Shown here: piece by piece, positions 23,101-39,342 of the stretch
How the letters are laid out: the number at the start of each line of letters is the position of its first letter
Numbering within the stretch: position 1 is the stretch's first letter
Position numbers and translations under genes: made by a program
The notes under the pieces: generated by a model
Database searches by the model: none
Told to the model about the DNA's origin: nothing
Seen by the model: only the letters and a program-made list of their open reading frames with translations
DNA from: Haliotis rufescens
Lineage: Eukaryota
Direction of reading: 5' to 3'
DNA length: 64,000 nucleotides
Assembly: GCF_023055435.1 (NCBI RefSeq)
Contig: NW_025963802.1
Location: forward strand, 41,292,001 to 41,356,000

Positions 23101-26100
23101 TCATCTTTGGAGCACATACACTGTACAAATGGATCCCATTATGTTACATGACCTCCGGGGTAAAACAGGTCTTCAGCAACCCATGCTTGCCGTAAAGGGC
23201 GACTAACAGGATCGGGTGGTCAGGCTGGCTGACTTGGTTGATATCATCAAATCCCAAATGCGTGGATCGATGCTCATGATTTCAATCACTGGATTGTCTG
23301 GCTTAATTCGATGCTAACTATATTCGCTTATATTTACTGCTAAAGGTAAATGTGATTCAATTATGCATCATAACCTTCTTAATGCTAGTATATATGTTGA
23401 TTACTTGTAACCTCGTTGATCCATAGCGCAAGCATAGCATCATCAATTGACCATCGAGATACTGTACTCACATGCACATATGTACATGGAAAATATCTTG
23501 TTAACGTAAAGTGAAATACAAGTATACTCGACCCGTGAACATCCGTGTTAGAATAGGTCTTCAGCAAGCCATGCTTGCCGTAAAAAGCGACTATACTTGT
23601 CGTAATAGGTGACTTACGGGAACGGATAGTCAGGCTGGCTGACTTGGTTGATGCATTTCATCGAATCCAAATTGCGTGGATCGATGCTCATGATGTCAAT
23701 CTCTGGATTGTCTGATCCAGACTCAATTATTTACAGACCGCCGTCATTTAGCTGGAATTTTGCTGAGTGCAGCGTTAAACAACAAACAAACATTCAAATA
23801 AACATCACCTCTGAAAGTATGCCTTTCCAACGGAATGCATCAATTGTTTTAGCAGCTTTGCAATGCGATTTGTGAAATGCGATGTTGATATACTCGGGTA
23901 TGCACGGTGTGGGTTCCAGGGGGTTTTAACACGTCCGCCTCGCTCTTTGGCGACTCTGTCCCGAGATAAGTATTTCATTCTTTTATTATTCAATCACCTA
24001 AATATTACCTTCCGATGTCGATGGGCATTTTATGATTAAAAGTAACCATGACTCATTCATTCCCCTGATGAAGTAGTACTTAAACATATACTCCGAAACG
24101 TTGTGTTCCTCGTAATAAAGTTGACATCCATGAATTCCCTTCCTTAAGAGTTTTGTGTTAATTTATATCTTTCTTTACTAACGAAAATGTATTAAATCTT
24201 GAATGTATAGAGTAAATAACAGATTACAACACAATAAGCTACTGTTAATGACGGATCAGCTATTAGGTGAGGAGAGGTGAAAAGGGGTTTAACGTCTCTT
24301 TCCAGATTATTGCACTTATATAGCGACGTGCATGCACGTGCGAGAGTGTGTGACCTGGACCAGACCGGACTAGTGCCGATTTTAAAGTGCATATTTAGCA
24401 ATATTCCAGCAATATCACGGCTGGGAATACAAGAAATGGGCTTCACTCAATGTACCCATGTGGGACATAGAACTCTGGTTTTGTTCGTGACGTGCGAACG
24501 CTAAACCAATGGCTACCCGCACGCCCCCTTTAGTTAGTGGATCTACTCAGCATCTTGATAACCACATTTAACATACACGCATGTTCTACTGACAGTTTGG
24601 ATATAGAAGGAACACATGACTATAGATCATAATAAATATATGTTTATTTTCAATATAGAACAACAGCCATCAAAACATCACTCACGCCATTGCATCGTGT
24701 AGCATGACAACCCCAGCTACAAGACGACTAACTGCAGTAGCATCTGTATTACATTTGCCAAGCGGATAGACCTCAGTGGACTTTAGGCATGTCACTTAGA
24801 TTCCCATGAAAGCGGGGTCATAGACAGCAGGTCCTGCCGGGGCAACTGCTGTGGCGGCAATAGTTGTGGGGGCAGCAGCAGAGGAGGCAGCATACGCATC
24901 GAGTTCACCAATATAACCAGGACCTGGAATGAATGAAATGGACAGATATGACAATTGACGAATTGCTTGATTTGTTCACACGCTTCTGTACATGTGTCTA
25001 AGTTACTGCCTGTTTTCCTGTCACATTGCACTATTATACTTACCGTAACTCTGTGAAAGAATGGCACCGGCGCCCTGTGATCCTGGATGGACTAATCCCT
25101 GGTTGAGCCCTGAGCCGAGAGGGGAAACACCCAGGCCGAGAGAGGGGATTCCAAGTCCGAGATGTGGATTTCCAAGTCCGAGATGTGGCATTCCAAGTCC
25201 GAGATGTGGCATTCCAAGTCCGAGATGTTGAAATCCAAGGCCGATACGGGGGAATCCAGGACCAAATGCACCGAACGGGGGAAAACCGATCCCTCCGAAA
25301 GGAGGCATACCAATTCCAAAACCATGTGTTGTTGTCATGGCAACAAAGCAGACAGCGGCAACAGCAAGAAGCTTCATTTTGTTAATCTGTGAAAATAGAG
25401 AAACGAACTTATTCCATGTATTTGACTACTGTACATAGAAATATGAGGGTCAAACACATTTAGTATGTTACCTTCGTTTCGTTCCATGTACATGGCCATG
25501 CATATCTATGATACCATAAAGAATTTAAAGGTAAACACACTATTGGTACTTGTATTATTTTATATGCTAGTTGGGTCTAGGACTTTTGTCAGAGACAAAG
25601 TATTTATTCGGTTCCTGCTTGAAAACATCTATAAAGGGAGCAGAACAGCCGACCATTTGTTTTTGTCACAGCACATTTTATTCAGGACATCCTGCGTATT
25701 CAGCTGACAATTATTTCATTTTTTTTATTTGTTGTTAAACCTGAGTCGAGATTATTTTGTTTCCAACCATTCCTGGAACAAATTATTTCTGCTGCCCAAA
25801 CTCCCAGGTCCTTCAGTATAGATTGTTTTTCAGAGATTGGGCAATGTGGTGCTCTATATAAATACATATCAATTAAATAATTATAATTGAAAAAAGCCGT
25901 GTGATGCCCAAGATACGTAAGTTATAGTATATCATACATAGAGCTTTGCGAAAAAGATTTCACATACATAAAACGAAATTGAGATACAAACACTTACATT
26001 TTGGTTGAGGTCTACCGGGACTGACTGATTCAGAAAGTGAAGTGTCCACTGCACAGTCCTTCCTTTATATTAACATGAATGCAGGGGTACAAAGCGGGTC

Positions 26101-29100
26101 ATAAATTGTGCATGTCTACAAAATGACCAGTTGACAACTTGTTATACAACGATGACTGTGTCTACCCGACAGGTGATTAATGTATGATGTATTAGCGCGA
26201 TACAGTGATGCCATTTGACGGTAACAACGAACAGTGAATTAGATCACCCACTCGATGTTTCTGACGTTCTTGCACTTGTCATTTCAGTTGCAGAATGAAA
26301 TCTCAGTTTATAGATTTCTTATCTTTTCATATCCTAACTTGAAGAGGTGAAAAGAGTGTAACATTACGTCACTTAAAGTATAGTTAATCTATGAATAATA
26401 GTTATAAGTTAAATGAAAACCATGTGACCAATATATTCATGTTACATATTTACTGTAGCAGTATATTACTCTATAAGAGTATACTGTTTGTATTTTCCTC
26501 CACAAGACACATTAGTTGTGTTTCATGTCTGAATACAAATGTGGTGAATGTCACATGTTCAGCTGCACAGGCCACACAGGCTCTGTCGTCGCACTGTACA
26601 CTATTGTGCTTCCAACCCTTTGGCTTCGATAATAAAACATTGTGATGCTGAGAAGTCGATACTAGTACAACAAGTCTTCATGTTTTCATATGTGTATTTT
26701 TATCTACCTTGTAACATCAGGATGGCGGTTTAGTGGTAAGGTTCAAGCGGTTTCCATACGGGGTACAATGTTTGAAGCATTCGTAAAATCCAGAGCATCT
26801 TGCGGTTGACACCTGTGACTCGTTGTGTTCTCACCCCGAAGTTGTGGATCCGTCACGCGATTGTCTGGTCAAAACTTGATTAGTTACATGTTATCGCCAT
26901 ATATATGTACTATTGCTGGGAGTGACGTTAAACAACAAACAAATAACGCTCACAATAACTACATCCCTGTGCAGACCTTGATATGGTGTCATCGTGTAAT
27001 CATGATAATTATCAAACATAATATTATTTGTTTAACATGTAAACCATACTTGTGAATATACATTTTGTTTGTTTGTTGTTTAACGCTGACCAAACAATAT
27101 TACAGCTTTATGACGTCGGTCTGTAAATAATCGAGTCTGGATCAGACAATCCAGTGATTGACATCATGAGCATCGATCCACGCAATTGGGATACGATGAA
27201 ATGCATCAACCAAGTCAGCCAGTCTGACCACCCGATCCCGTAAGTCGTCCCTTACGACATGCATAGTCGCCTTTTACGGCAAGCATGGCTTGCTGAAGAC
27301 CTATTCTAACACGGATCTTCACGGATCGAATATACATATACTTCACTTTACGTTAACATACTATTTTCCATGTATATATGTGCATGTGAGTACAGTATCT
27401 CGATGGTCAATTGATGATGTTATGCTAGCGCTATGGAACTACGAGGTTACAATTAATCAACGTTTATACCAGCATTAAGGAGGTTATGATGCAACATAGA
27501 ATCACATTTACCTTCAGCAATAATATAAGCGATTGGAGTTAGCATCGAATTAAGTCACTGTCAGCGTTTGAAAAAAGAAAGAGATAAACCAGAGACACAA
27601 ACAATATCAACGGACACCATTAAGCTATCCGTCTACTGATTCAGATCTGTGCATCGAAAACAGCATTTTGCATGCATTATTACAAATCAAATTGCTCCAG
27701 TATTGTCTTTATTCTATGGAATGCCTTCCAATACTAAATATTCATGCAAACTGATAACAAAAGCTCTTTCTTTTTGTTTACATAGTCCAAAGAACAGCTA
27801 TATAATGTACTCAACAGGTTTCACGAAAGTGATGTTCAAGGGTTCATTTATACTGTTAGTATGACATCACAGTGCAATCTAACATATTGTTACGTCACAG
27901 AAAGACGCATAACATTGTGTGGGGCATACGTAGGACACATACAGAAGTACAGCAATTGGTATTGTAGTGGCAGGAAAATATACAATAATTGTATAAATAA
28001 TTTGTACAACCAAGGACGTTTAAATTGCGCAGGTACAGTACACATACAGTCATAAATTGTAAATGTGTCTGCAACATGAGAGTTGTCAACGTATTATACG
28101 ACGATGACTGGTATATATTCAGTTTGTGGTGGTGGTGTTATTTAGTGGTCAGGGCTAATTGATCGACAATTGACAATGGAACTGGCCACTCATATGTGAC
28201 GGTTTGGTGATGGTAATTTCACATAATGTAACTCATCATATGTTGGTATTGTACCGAGATTGTGCCGAGATTGTACCGAGAAGACTAACAAGAGTACACC
28301 ATATGCCGAAGAATTTGAAACACTATGGATAGGGATTGAGACCATACCTTTGGAATTGATGACTCGTCTATAACGAAAATCCCTTATGTAGCAATATGTA
28401 TATAGAGTGAGAGAGTGAGAGTCAACCGACAACACATATGGGACACCTCTTGCCGGTGTATCCAATTCAGTCAACACATTGATCAATATGCCGGGAATAA
28501 AGCAGCAAATTTTATGATGTTCCCGTTTTACAAATGTGAAAATGATGCACTGAGAAAAAGGAAAGAAAGTTATCTTATTAATACTTTCAAACCAAAATTA
28601 AATGGGTTCAAATACTAGTATTTTCTAAACAAGTATTGTACATTTTCCTGCCACTTCAATACTTATTGGTGAATTTCTGTACGCATGCCCCACACAATGC
28701 CTTTCTGTGACGTCACAATAAGTTAGATTGCAGAATGACCCCATACTATGTTTGAGTGCACTGTGACGTCAAAATAGGGTAGCAGTATGAATGAACCCTT
28801 GAAAATCACTTTTGTGAAATCGATTGAGTAAATAGAGAATATTTCATGTGTCGAATGAAATATCATGTTTCTCTCATCGAGTGACGGGAGGAAAGGATAT
28901 ATTTTATCGAGTTGCGCAGCCACGAGGGAAACTATCTCCTTTTCCCCCGTCATGAGGGGAATATATAAATTATGCTCTCTGCCTCATGGCATTCATTCAC
29001 CTGATGAAGGAGTAAGCATATACTCCGAAACGTTGTGTTCCTCATCATAAAGAAGTTGAACATCCATATATTCTCTTCCTTGTGTATGTCACTTCTAAAT

Positions 29101-29423
29101 GCCTTTCAAATCTATATTCACAAGTATTGTTAACATGTTTAAAATAATACCATTATGAATGACAATTATCATGATTACACGATATGCTAAATAAAGGTCT
29201 GCACGGGGATTGGATGTATTTTTTGTGAGCGTTACTTGTTTGTCGTTTAACGTCACTCCCAGCAATAGTCCAGTTATATGAGATAGCATGTGAATAATGA
29301 AGTCTGGACCAAACAATCCAGTGACTAATATCATGAGCAACGATCCACACCTTCAGGGTGAGATGGGTAAAATGTGTCAACCGCAAGATGTTCTGGATTC
29401 TACGAATGCTTCAAACATTGCAC
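20194..29423 (+). repeat. Tandem unit U2 (contains gene B2)
   Basis: Junction TGCACCCATTTGGCG at 20189-20203; collinear with U1. Confidence 0.95.
24796..25377 (-). CDS. Gene B2, 153 aa; CDS join(25377..25044,24923..24796)
   Basis: Same splice sites as B1; three amino-acid differences (G110S in exon 2; V>A and A>V in exon 3). Confidence 0.92.
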
Positions 29424-32400
29424 CCATTTGGCGTAAAGGGCAAAACAGCTGTGTAAACTATACGAAAATAGACCACTGAAAATCAGTGATGACACCAGGT
29501 GTTCACGAAAAGGGTAAGCATATCCTGCTCTACCGGTAGCACTCGCCACTCGCGAAAACTAACCTGGGATCCTTCAGTTTCATCATATGCATTTGACCAG
29601 GACACAAGTCATTCAATGAGAATAGATGTAAAATTTACGAAGCACACTTCACAGTGTCATGCTACTATAATTATTTGCGTCCTAGGGGGCACGGATGGCC
29701 CAGTCGTCTGAGGCGCCGCGATTCGCTATGCAGGGTTGCGTCCCTTGGGCACGCCAGAAACCTATGATTGTGGGTTCGAATCCCGGTTCGCCCCGATTAT
29801 GTTTCTAGGTTTGTCAGCACCATACCCTTGCTCGTGGGTTTCACCGAAGTGGTAAACGTCTGAGACCTGCATCACTTCGGGCTTTCCTCCCACATTAAGC
29901 TGACACGCCGTGATATAACTGGAATACTGTTAAAAGCGGCGTAAAACCCAACTCACTCACTCACTCACTATTTGCGTCCTCTCTGTTCCCATTCTTATGA
30001 AGAGGCAAGATAACTGCTCTGTTCCATGAGGTTTAAAATGTGCTTCCTCGAACTATTTCAGTATCAGGACAGATAGCACTGAAAAGAGATTATACCCATT
30101 GTTAAAAGAAATGGGTGAGGTTACACTGAACTGGACTGAAAAGTTAAAGTGATCACCATGTACATGTATGTAGCTCAATCTTGTCTGCTTCACGTAATTC
30201 ACCACGTGTATCATATACAGTCAAGTCCCGTTTAATCCGACATCGATGGTTGCATATGATTATGTCGGATTAACGAGTATGTCGGATAAACGAAATTAAG
30301 TAGTATCAACGTTTGTGATCGAAAATCGGACAGCTTCACGATAGATAACGATTCAAACACGTAATAAAAAAATAAATAAAAACATATTCATATTGTTATG
30401 TTACATTTTGGGCGGAACATGTTTTCTAATCATGCAACCTCTAAAATTTAACACAAAACAACTCTTACGGACTGTATGACTTATTCAAAATACTTTAAAA
30501 AGCATAGTCAGAGGGCTTGCATCACCAAGTAGCGCCGACTCCCCATTGTTCTTGGTGACTTAGGTTTGGTACCTCCCAATCTATTGACTGACATCTGAGT
30601 AATGCAGAAGGCTGCAGTGTTGGGACTCACCATGACCACACGCTCCGAACAGTTTTTAATGAGTTCGACGAGGTAGTGCTTCCTGGGAGAAGTCCCATTC
30701 GCTGTCTGGGCTGCGTGTAGAGGGGACAAGAACCCTGAACGGATGATGAGCCAACCAACCTGACTGAGCCAGGATCACCCAAACCCTCTTTGCTGCAGTT
30801 ATTTTAATCTGTAAAATATATATATGAAGCAAACAAGGCAAGACTATTTCTATTAAAGTATGACTTTGGATGGGTTGAGTATTTACAATCTTTCATTTTC
30901 CATCTTCCATCTTTATTCGAAATTAAATTTTAAAGGTCCACATAGATTAAGCATGATCAAATCAATACAGATCTATGAACTATGGGTCGGTCCGGATGAA
31001 GCCTCCAAAATTTGTGCACAATATGCTGACCGATGTGAATTCTCAAAATTGCAAACTTGGTTATGATTGATGCAAGAACATTTAGTCTACACAGAAAGAA
31101 TCTCACCCGAGTTTGATATAAAACATATCAACATACATCGACTATAGTACCAAAACTCTGCGTCTTGCCAGGAGGTTTTCTACTTTGATCGACGAGTGTT
31201 TATATAATTGGTATCAAAATTCATGAGGTTGAATCTATTATGGTCCAATATCAAGTACCTTATCTCAGTAAGTACAAGACAAATATGGCAATGCATTACG
31301 TTTCTTCGACGAAAACATGTGCAGCATAGCTATTATTTGTAACTGTGACATATCTAATATATTTCTTGTTCATATATTTAAACCGCAAAGTTGAACGAAA
31401 GACTTTATTTTGCTTAAATGGTCAATTGGTTAAGAGTTTCGTGTTGAGTATACCGATAGTCTGAATATGTGGCGCGTTCCCTTATGACGTCAATGTCGAA
31501 AAGTGAAGTGATTACGTTATGACGTTACTTCGACGTTACAGCCACAGGGCGTCTCGGCCCTGGACTCAGTCACCTACAAACTATATTTATTTATTGCTAA
31601 AGGTAAATGAGATTTTATGTTGCATCATAACCTTCTCAATGCTAGTATATACGTTGATTACTTGTAACCTCGTTGATCCATAGCGCAAGCATAGCATCAT
31701 CAATTGACCATTGAGATACTGTACTCACATGCACATATGTACATGGAAAATATTATGTTAACGTAAAGTGAAGTACAAGTATACTCGACCCGTGAACATC
31801 CGTGTTAGAATAGGTCTTCAGCAAGCCATGCTTGCCATAAATCGGATAGTCAGGCTCGCTGACTTGGTTGATGCATTTCATCGAATCCAAATTGCGTGGA
31901 TCGATGCTCATGATCCAGACTCAATTATTTACAGACCGCCGTCATTTAGCTGGAATTTTGCTGAGTGCAGCGTTAAACAACAAACAAACATTCAAACAAA
32001 CATCACCTCTGAAAGTATGCCTTTCCAACGGAATGCATGAATTGTTTTAGCAGCTTTGCAATGCGATTTGTGCCCTGGACTCAGTCACCTACAAACTAAC
32101 CAAAGTGTTCGGTATGCTGACTGTCATGTCGTTGTACTGTTTGAAAACGTCAAGAATGAACCCTCATACTAACGCTTATGTCAGTCTCCTAGCAGATATT
32201 GTCTGCCTTCACACAAGCAATATCTCCTGCGGGAGTCAGATTAGGATAATAAATATAAGTAGCTCTGTGACATATACTTAACGTATCAAAACTTACTGGA
32301 GCGAGTACGTCGTATGTGGATATCATGCGGACAAATCAATTTTTTTATGTCAAATATATTACATCAAATTCTGCAGTTCTCAATTTTGCTCAGCGCCGAG

Positions 32401-35400
32401 TCCGATGGAGAGTTAATACTGATTTGAGCTTTCTTCAATACATTCGACGTGATAGTATTGACACACTGCAGTTGTTCTTATCACCATGCTATGACAAGTG
32501 ATTTTGTGCTGTGACTACAATCACCACAAGATCTAGAGAAACACTTATACGTAGAGGGCCAAATAGCGGTTACAAAAAAATGACGTGTGTTTGCCTGTTC
32601 CAGATTCGAATTTTTACGGAAATCTGGAATATTGCATCTGCATCGGTAAACAACGTTCACTCACTCACCAATCATCTTTGGAGCACATACACTGTACAAA
32701 TAGATCCCATTATGTTACATGACCTCCGGGGTAGAACAGGTCTTCAGCAACCCATGCTTGCCGTAAAGGGCGACTAACAGGATCGGGTGGTCAGGCTGGC
32801 TGACTTGGTTGATATCATCGAATCCCAAATGCGTGGATCGATGCTCATGATTTCAATCACTGGATTGTCTGGCTTAATGCGATGCTAACTATATTCGCTT
32901 ATATTTATGGCTAAAGGCAAATGTGATTCTATGTTGCATCATAACCTTCTTAATGCTAGTATATATGTTGATTACTTGTAACCTCGTTGATCCATAGCGC
33001 AAGCATAGCATCATCAATTGACCATCGAGATACTGTACTCACATGCACATATGTACATGGAAAATATCATGTTAACGTAAAGTGAAATACAAGTATACTC
33101 GACCCGTGAACATCCGTGTTAGAATAGGTCTTCAGCAAGCCATGCTTGCCGTAAAAAGCGACTATACTTGTCGTAATAGGTGACTTACGGGAACGGATAG
33201 TCAGGCTGGCTGACTTGGTTGATGCATTTCATCGAATCCAAATTGCGTGGATCGATGCTCATGATGTCAATCTCTGGATTGTCTGATCCAGACTCAATTA
33301 TTTACAGACCGCCGTCATTTAGCTGGAATTTTGCAGCGTTAAACAACAAACAAACATTCAAACAAACATCACCTCTGAAAGTATGCCTTTCCAACGGAAT
33401 GCATCAATTGTTTTAGCAGCTTTGCAATGCGATTTGTGAAATGCGATGTTGATATACTCGGGTATGCACGGTGTGGGTTCCAGGGGGTTTTAACACGTCC
33501 GCCTCGCTCTTTGGCGACTCTGTCCCGAGATAAGTATTTCATTCGTTTATTATTCAATCACCTAAATATTACCTTCCCATGTCGATGGGCATTTTATGAT
33601 TAAAAATAACCATGACTCATTCATTCCCCTGATGAAGTAGTACTTAAACATATACTCCGAAACGTTGTGTTCCTCGTAATAAAGTTGACATCCATGAATT
33701 CCCTTCCTTAAGAGTTTTGTGTTAATTTATATCTTTCTTTACTAACGAAAATGTATTAAATCTTGAATGTATAGAGTAAATAACAGATTACAACACAATA
33801 AGCTACTGTTAATGACGGATCAGCTATTAGGTGAGGAGAGGTGAAAAGGGGTTTAACGTCTCTTTCCAGATTATTGCACTTATATAGCGACGTGCATGCA
33901 CGTGCGAGAGTGTGTGACCTGGACCAGACCGGACTAGTGCCGATTTTAAAGTGCATATTTAGCAATATTCCAGCTATTTTACGGCTGGGAATACAAGAAA
34001 TGGGCTTCACTCAATGTACCCATGTGGGACATAGAACTCTGGTTTTGTTCGTGACGTGCGAACGCTAAACCAATGGCTACCCGCACGCCCCCTTTAGTTA
34101 GTGGATCTACTCAGCATCTTGATAACCACATTTAACATACACGCATGTTCTACTGTCAGTTTGGATATAGAAGGAACACATGACTATAGATCATAATAAA
34201 TATATGTTTATTTTCAATATAGAACAACAGCCATCAAAACATCACTCACGCCATTGCATCGTGTAGCATGACAACCCCAGCTACAAGACGACTAACTGCA
34301 GTAGCATCTGTATTACATTTGCCAAGCGGATAGACCTCAGTGGACTTAAGGCATGTCACTTAGATTCCCATGAAAGCGGGGTCATAGGCAGCAGGTCCTG
34401 CCGGGGCAACTGCTGTGGCGGCAATAGTTGTGGGGACAGCAGCAGAGGAGGCAGCATACGCATCGAGTTCACCAATATAACCAGGACCTGGAATGAATGA
34501 AATGGACAGATATGACAATTGACGAATTGCTTGATTTGTTCACATGCTTCTGTACATGTGTCTAAGTTACTGCCTGTTTTCCTGTCACATTGCACTATTA
34601 TACTTACCGTAACCCTGTGAAAGAATGGCACCGGCGCCCTGTGATCCTGGATGGACTAATCCCTGGTTGAGCCCTGAGCCGAGAGGGGAAACACCCAGGC
34701 CGAGAGAGGGGATTCCAAGTCCGAGATGTGGATTTCCAAGTCCGAGATGTGGCATTCCAAGTCCGAGATGTGGCATTCCAAGTCCGAGATGTTGAAATCC
34801 AAGGCCGATACGGGGGAATCCAGGACCAAATGCACCGAACGGGGGAAAACCGATCCCTCCGAAAGGAGGCATACCAATTCCAAAACCATGTGTTGTTGTC
34901 ATGGCAACAAAGCAGACAGCGGCAACAGCAAGAAGCTTCATTTTGTTAATCTGTGAAAATAGAGAAACGAACTTATTCCATGTATTTGACTACTGTACAT
35001 AGAAATATGAGGGTCAAACACATTCAGTATGTTACCTTCGTTTCGTTCCGTGTACATGGCCATGCATATCTATGATACCAGAAAGAATGTAAAGGTAAAC
35101 ACTCTATTGATACAAGTATTATTTAATATTTTCGGTGGGTGTAAGACTTTTGTCAGAGACAAAGTATTTATTCGGTTCCTGCTTAAAAAAAACTATAAAG
35201 GGAGCAGAACAGCCGACCATTTGTTTTTGTCACAGCACATTTTATTCAGGACATCCTGCGTATTCAGCTGACAATTATTTCATTTTTTTATTTGTTGTTA
35301 AACCTGAGTCGAGATTATTTTGTTTCCAACCATTCCTGGAACAAATTATTTCTGTCGCCCAAACTCCCAGGTCCTTCAGTATAGATTGTTCTTCAGAGAT

Positions 35401-38400
35401 TGGGCAATGTGGTGCTCTATATAAATACATATCAATTAAATAATTATAATTGAAAAAAGCCGTGTGATGCCCAAGATACGTAAGTTATAGTATATCATAC
35501 ATAGAGCTTTGCGAAAAAGATTTCACATACATAAAACGAAATTGAGATAGAAACACTTACGTTTTGGTTGAGGTCTACCGGGACTGACTGATTCAGAAAG
35601 TGAAGTGCCCACTGCACAGTCCTTCCTTTATATTAACATGAATGCAGGGGTACAAAGCGGGTCATAAATTGTGCATGTCTACAAAATGACCAGTTGACAA
35701 CTTGTTATACAACGATGACTGTGTCTACCCGACAGGTGATTAATGTATGATGTATTAGCGCGATACAGTGATGCCATTTGACGGTAACAACGAACAGTGA
35801 ATTAGATCACCCACTCGATGTTTCTGACGTTCTTGCACTTGTCATTTCAGTTGCAGAATGAAATCTCAGTTTATAGATTTCTTATCTTTTCATATCCTAA
35901 CTTGAAGAGGTGAAAAGAGTGTAACATTACGTCACTTAAAGTATAGTTAATCTATGAATAATAGTTATAAGTTAAATTAAAACCATGTGACCAATATATT
36001 CATGTTACATATTTACTGTAGCAATATATTACTCCATAAGAGTATACTGTTTGTATTTTCCTCCACAAGACACATTAGTTGTGTTACAAGTCTGAATACA
36101 AATGTGGTGAATGTCACATGTTCAGCTGCACAGGCCACACAGGCTCTGTCGTCGCACTGTACACTATTGTGCTTCCAACCCTTTGGCTTCGATAATAAAA
36201 CATTGTGATGCAGAGAAGTCGATACTAGTATAACAAGTCTTCATGTTTTCATATGTGTATTTTTATCTACCTTGTAACATCAGGATGGCGGTTTAGTGGT
36301 GAGGTTCAAGCGGTTTCCATACGGGGTACAATGTTTGAAGCATTCGTAAAATCCAGAGCATCTTGCGGTTGACACCTATGACTCGTTGTGTTCTCACCCC
36401 GAAGTTGTGGATCCGTCACGCGATTGTCTGGTCAAAACTTGATTAGTTACATGTTATCGCCATATATATGTACTATTGCTGGGAGTGACGTTAAACAACA
36501 AACAAATAACGCTCACAATAACTACATCCCTGTGCAGACCTTGATATCGTGTCATCGTGTAATCATGATAATTATCAAACATAATATTATTTCGTTTATA
36601 TGTAAACTATACTTGTGAATATACATTTTGTTTGTTTGTTGTTTAACGCTGACCAAACAATATTACAGCTTTATGACGTCGGTCTGTAAATAATCGAGTC
36701 TGGATCAGACAATCCAGTGATTGTCATCAGGAGCATCGATCCACGCAATTGGGATACGATGAAATGCATCAACCAAGTCAGCCACCCTGACCACCCGATC
36801 CCGTAAGTCACCTCTTACGACTTGCATAGTCGCCTTTTACGGCAAGCATGGCTTGCTGAAGACCTGTTCTAACACGGATCTTCACGGATCGAATATACAT
36901 ATACTTCACTTTACGTTAACATACTATTTTCCATGTATATATGTGCATGTGAGTACAGTATCTCGATGGTCAATTGATGACGTTATGCTAGCGCTATGGA
37001 ACTACGAGGTTACAATTAATCAACGTTTATACCAGCATTAAGGAGGTTATGATGCAACATAGAATCACATTTATCTTCAGCAATAATATAAGCGATTGGA
37101 GTTAGCATCGAATTAAGTCACTGTCAGCGTTTGAAAAAAGAAAGAGATAAACCACAGACACAAACAATATCAACGGACACCATTAAGCTATCACGAAAGT
37201 TATGTTCAAGGGTTCATTTATACTGTTAGTATGACGTCACAGTGCAATCTAACATATTGTTACGTCACAGAAAGACGCATAACATTGTGTGTGGCATACG
37301 TACCACACATACAGAAATACAGCAATTGGTATTGTAGTGGCAGGAAAATATACAATAATTGTATAAATAATTTGTACAAACAAGGACGTTTAAATTGCGC
37401 AGGTACAGTACACATACAGTCATAAATTGTAAATGTGTCTGCAACATGAGAGTTGTCAACGTATTATACGACGATGACTGGTATATATTCAGTTTGTGGT
37501 GGTGGTGTTATTTACTGGTCAGGGCTAATTGATCGACAATTGACAATGGAACTGGCCACTCATGTGTGACGGTTTGGTGATGGTAATTTCACATAATGTA
37601 ACTCATCATACGTTGGTATTGTACCGAGATTGTACCGAGATTGTACCGAGAAGACTAACAAGAGTACACCATATGCCGACGAATTTGAACCACTATGGAT
37701 AGGGATTGAGACCATACCTTTGGAATTGATGACTCGTCTATAACGAAAATCCCTTATGTAGCAATATGTATACAGAGTGAGAGAGTGAGAGTCAACCGAC
37801 AACACATATGGGACCCCTCTATGTTTGAGTGCACTGTGACGTAAAAATAGGGTAGCAGTATGAATGAACCCTTGAAAATCATTTTTGTGAAATCGATTGA
37901 GTAAATAGAGAATATTTCATGTGTCGAATGAAATATCATGTTTCTCTCATCGAGTGACGGGAGGAAAGGATATATTTTATCGAGTGGCGCAGCCACGAGG
38001 GAAACTATCTCCTTTTCCCCCGTCATGAGGGGAATATATATGCTCTCTGCCTCATGTCATTCATTCACCTGATGAAGGAGTAAGCATATACTCCGAAACG
38101 TTGTGTTCCTCATCATAAAGAAGTTGAACATCCATATATTCTCTTCCTTGTGTGTGTCACTTCTAAATGCCTTTCAAATCTATATGCACAAGTATGGTTA
38201 ACATGTTTAAAATAATACCATTATGAATGACAATTATCATGATTACACGATATGCTAAATAAAGGTCTGCACGGGGATTGGATGTATTTTTTGTGAGCGT
38301 TACTTGTTTGTCGTTTAACGTCACTCCCAGCAATAGTCCAGTTATATGAGATAGCATGTGAATAATGAAGTCTGGACCAAACAATCCAGTGACCCCTCTT

Positions 38401-39342
38401 GCCGGTGTATCCAATTCAGTCAACACATTGATCAATATGCCGGGAATAAAGCAGCAAATTTTATGATGTTCCCGTTTTACAAATGTGAAAATGATGCACT
38501 GAGAAAAAGGAAAGAAAGTTATCTTATTAATACTTTCAAACCAAAATTAAATGGGTTCAAATACTAGTATTTTTTAAACAAGTATTGTACATTTTCCTGC
38601 CACTTCAATACTTATTGCTGAATTTCTGTACGCATGCCCCACACAATGCCTTTCTGTGACGTCACAATATGTTAGATTGCAGAATGACCCCATACTATGT
38701 TTGAGTGCACTGTGACGTCAAAATAGGGTAGCAGTATGAATGAACCCTTGAAAATCACTTTTGTGAAATCGATTGAGTAAATAGAGAATATTTCATGTGT
38801 CGAATGGAATATCATGTTTCTCTCATCGAGTGACGGGAGAGAAGGAGATATTTTAACGAGTTGCGCAGCCACGAGGGAAACTATCTCCTTTTCCCCGTCA
38901 TGAGAGGAAGATATATGCTCTCTGCCTCATGGCATTCATTCACCTGGTGAAGGAGTAAGCATATACTCCGAAACGTCGTGTTCCTCATAATAAAGAAGTT
39001 GACATCAATATATTCTCTTGCCTTTCAAATCTATATTCACAAGTATTGTTAACATGTTTAAAATAATAATATTATGAATGACAATTATCTTGATTACACG
39101 AAATGCTAAATCAAGGTCTGCAAGGGGATTGGATGTATTTTTTGTGAGCGTTATTTGTTTGTCGTTTAACGTCACTCCCAGCAATAGTCCAGGTATAGGA
39201 GATAGCATGTGAATAATGAAGTCTGGACCAAACAATCCAGTGACTAATATCATGAGCAACGATCCACACCTTCAGGGTGAGATGGGTAAAATGTGTCAAC
39301 CGCAAGATGTTCTGGATTCTACGAATGCTTCAAACAGTGCAC
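29424..39342 (+). repeat. Tandem unit U3 (contains gene B3 and an extra 570-bp insertion)
   Basis: Same junction at 29419-29433; collinear with U1. Confidence 0.95.
34360..34941 (-). CDS. Gene B3, 153 aa; CDS join(34941..34608,34487..34360)
   Basis: CDS appears identical to B1; splice sites intact. Confidence 0.92.
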
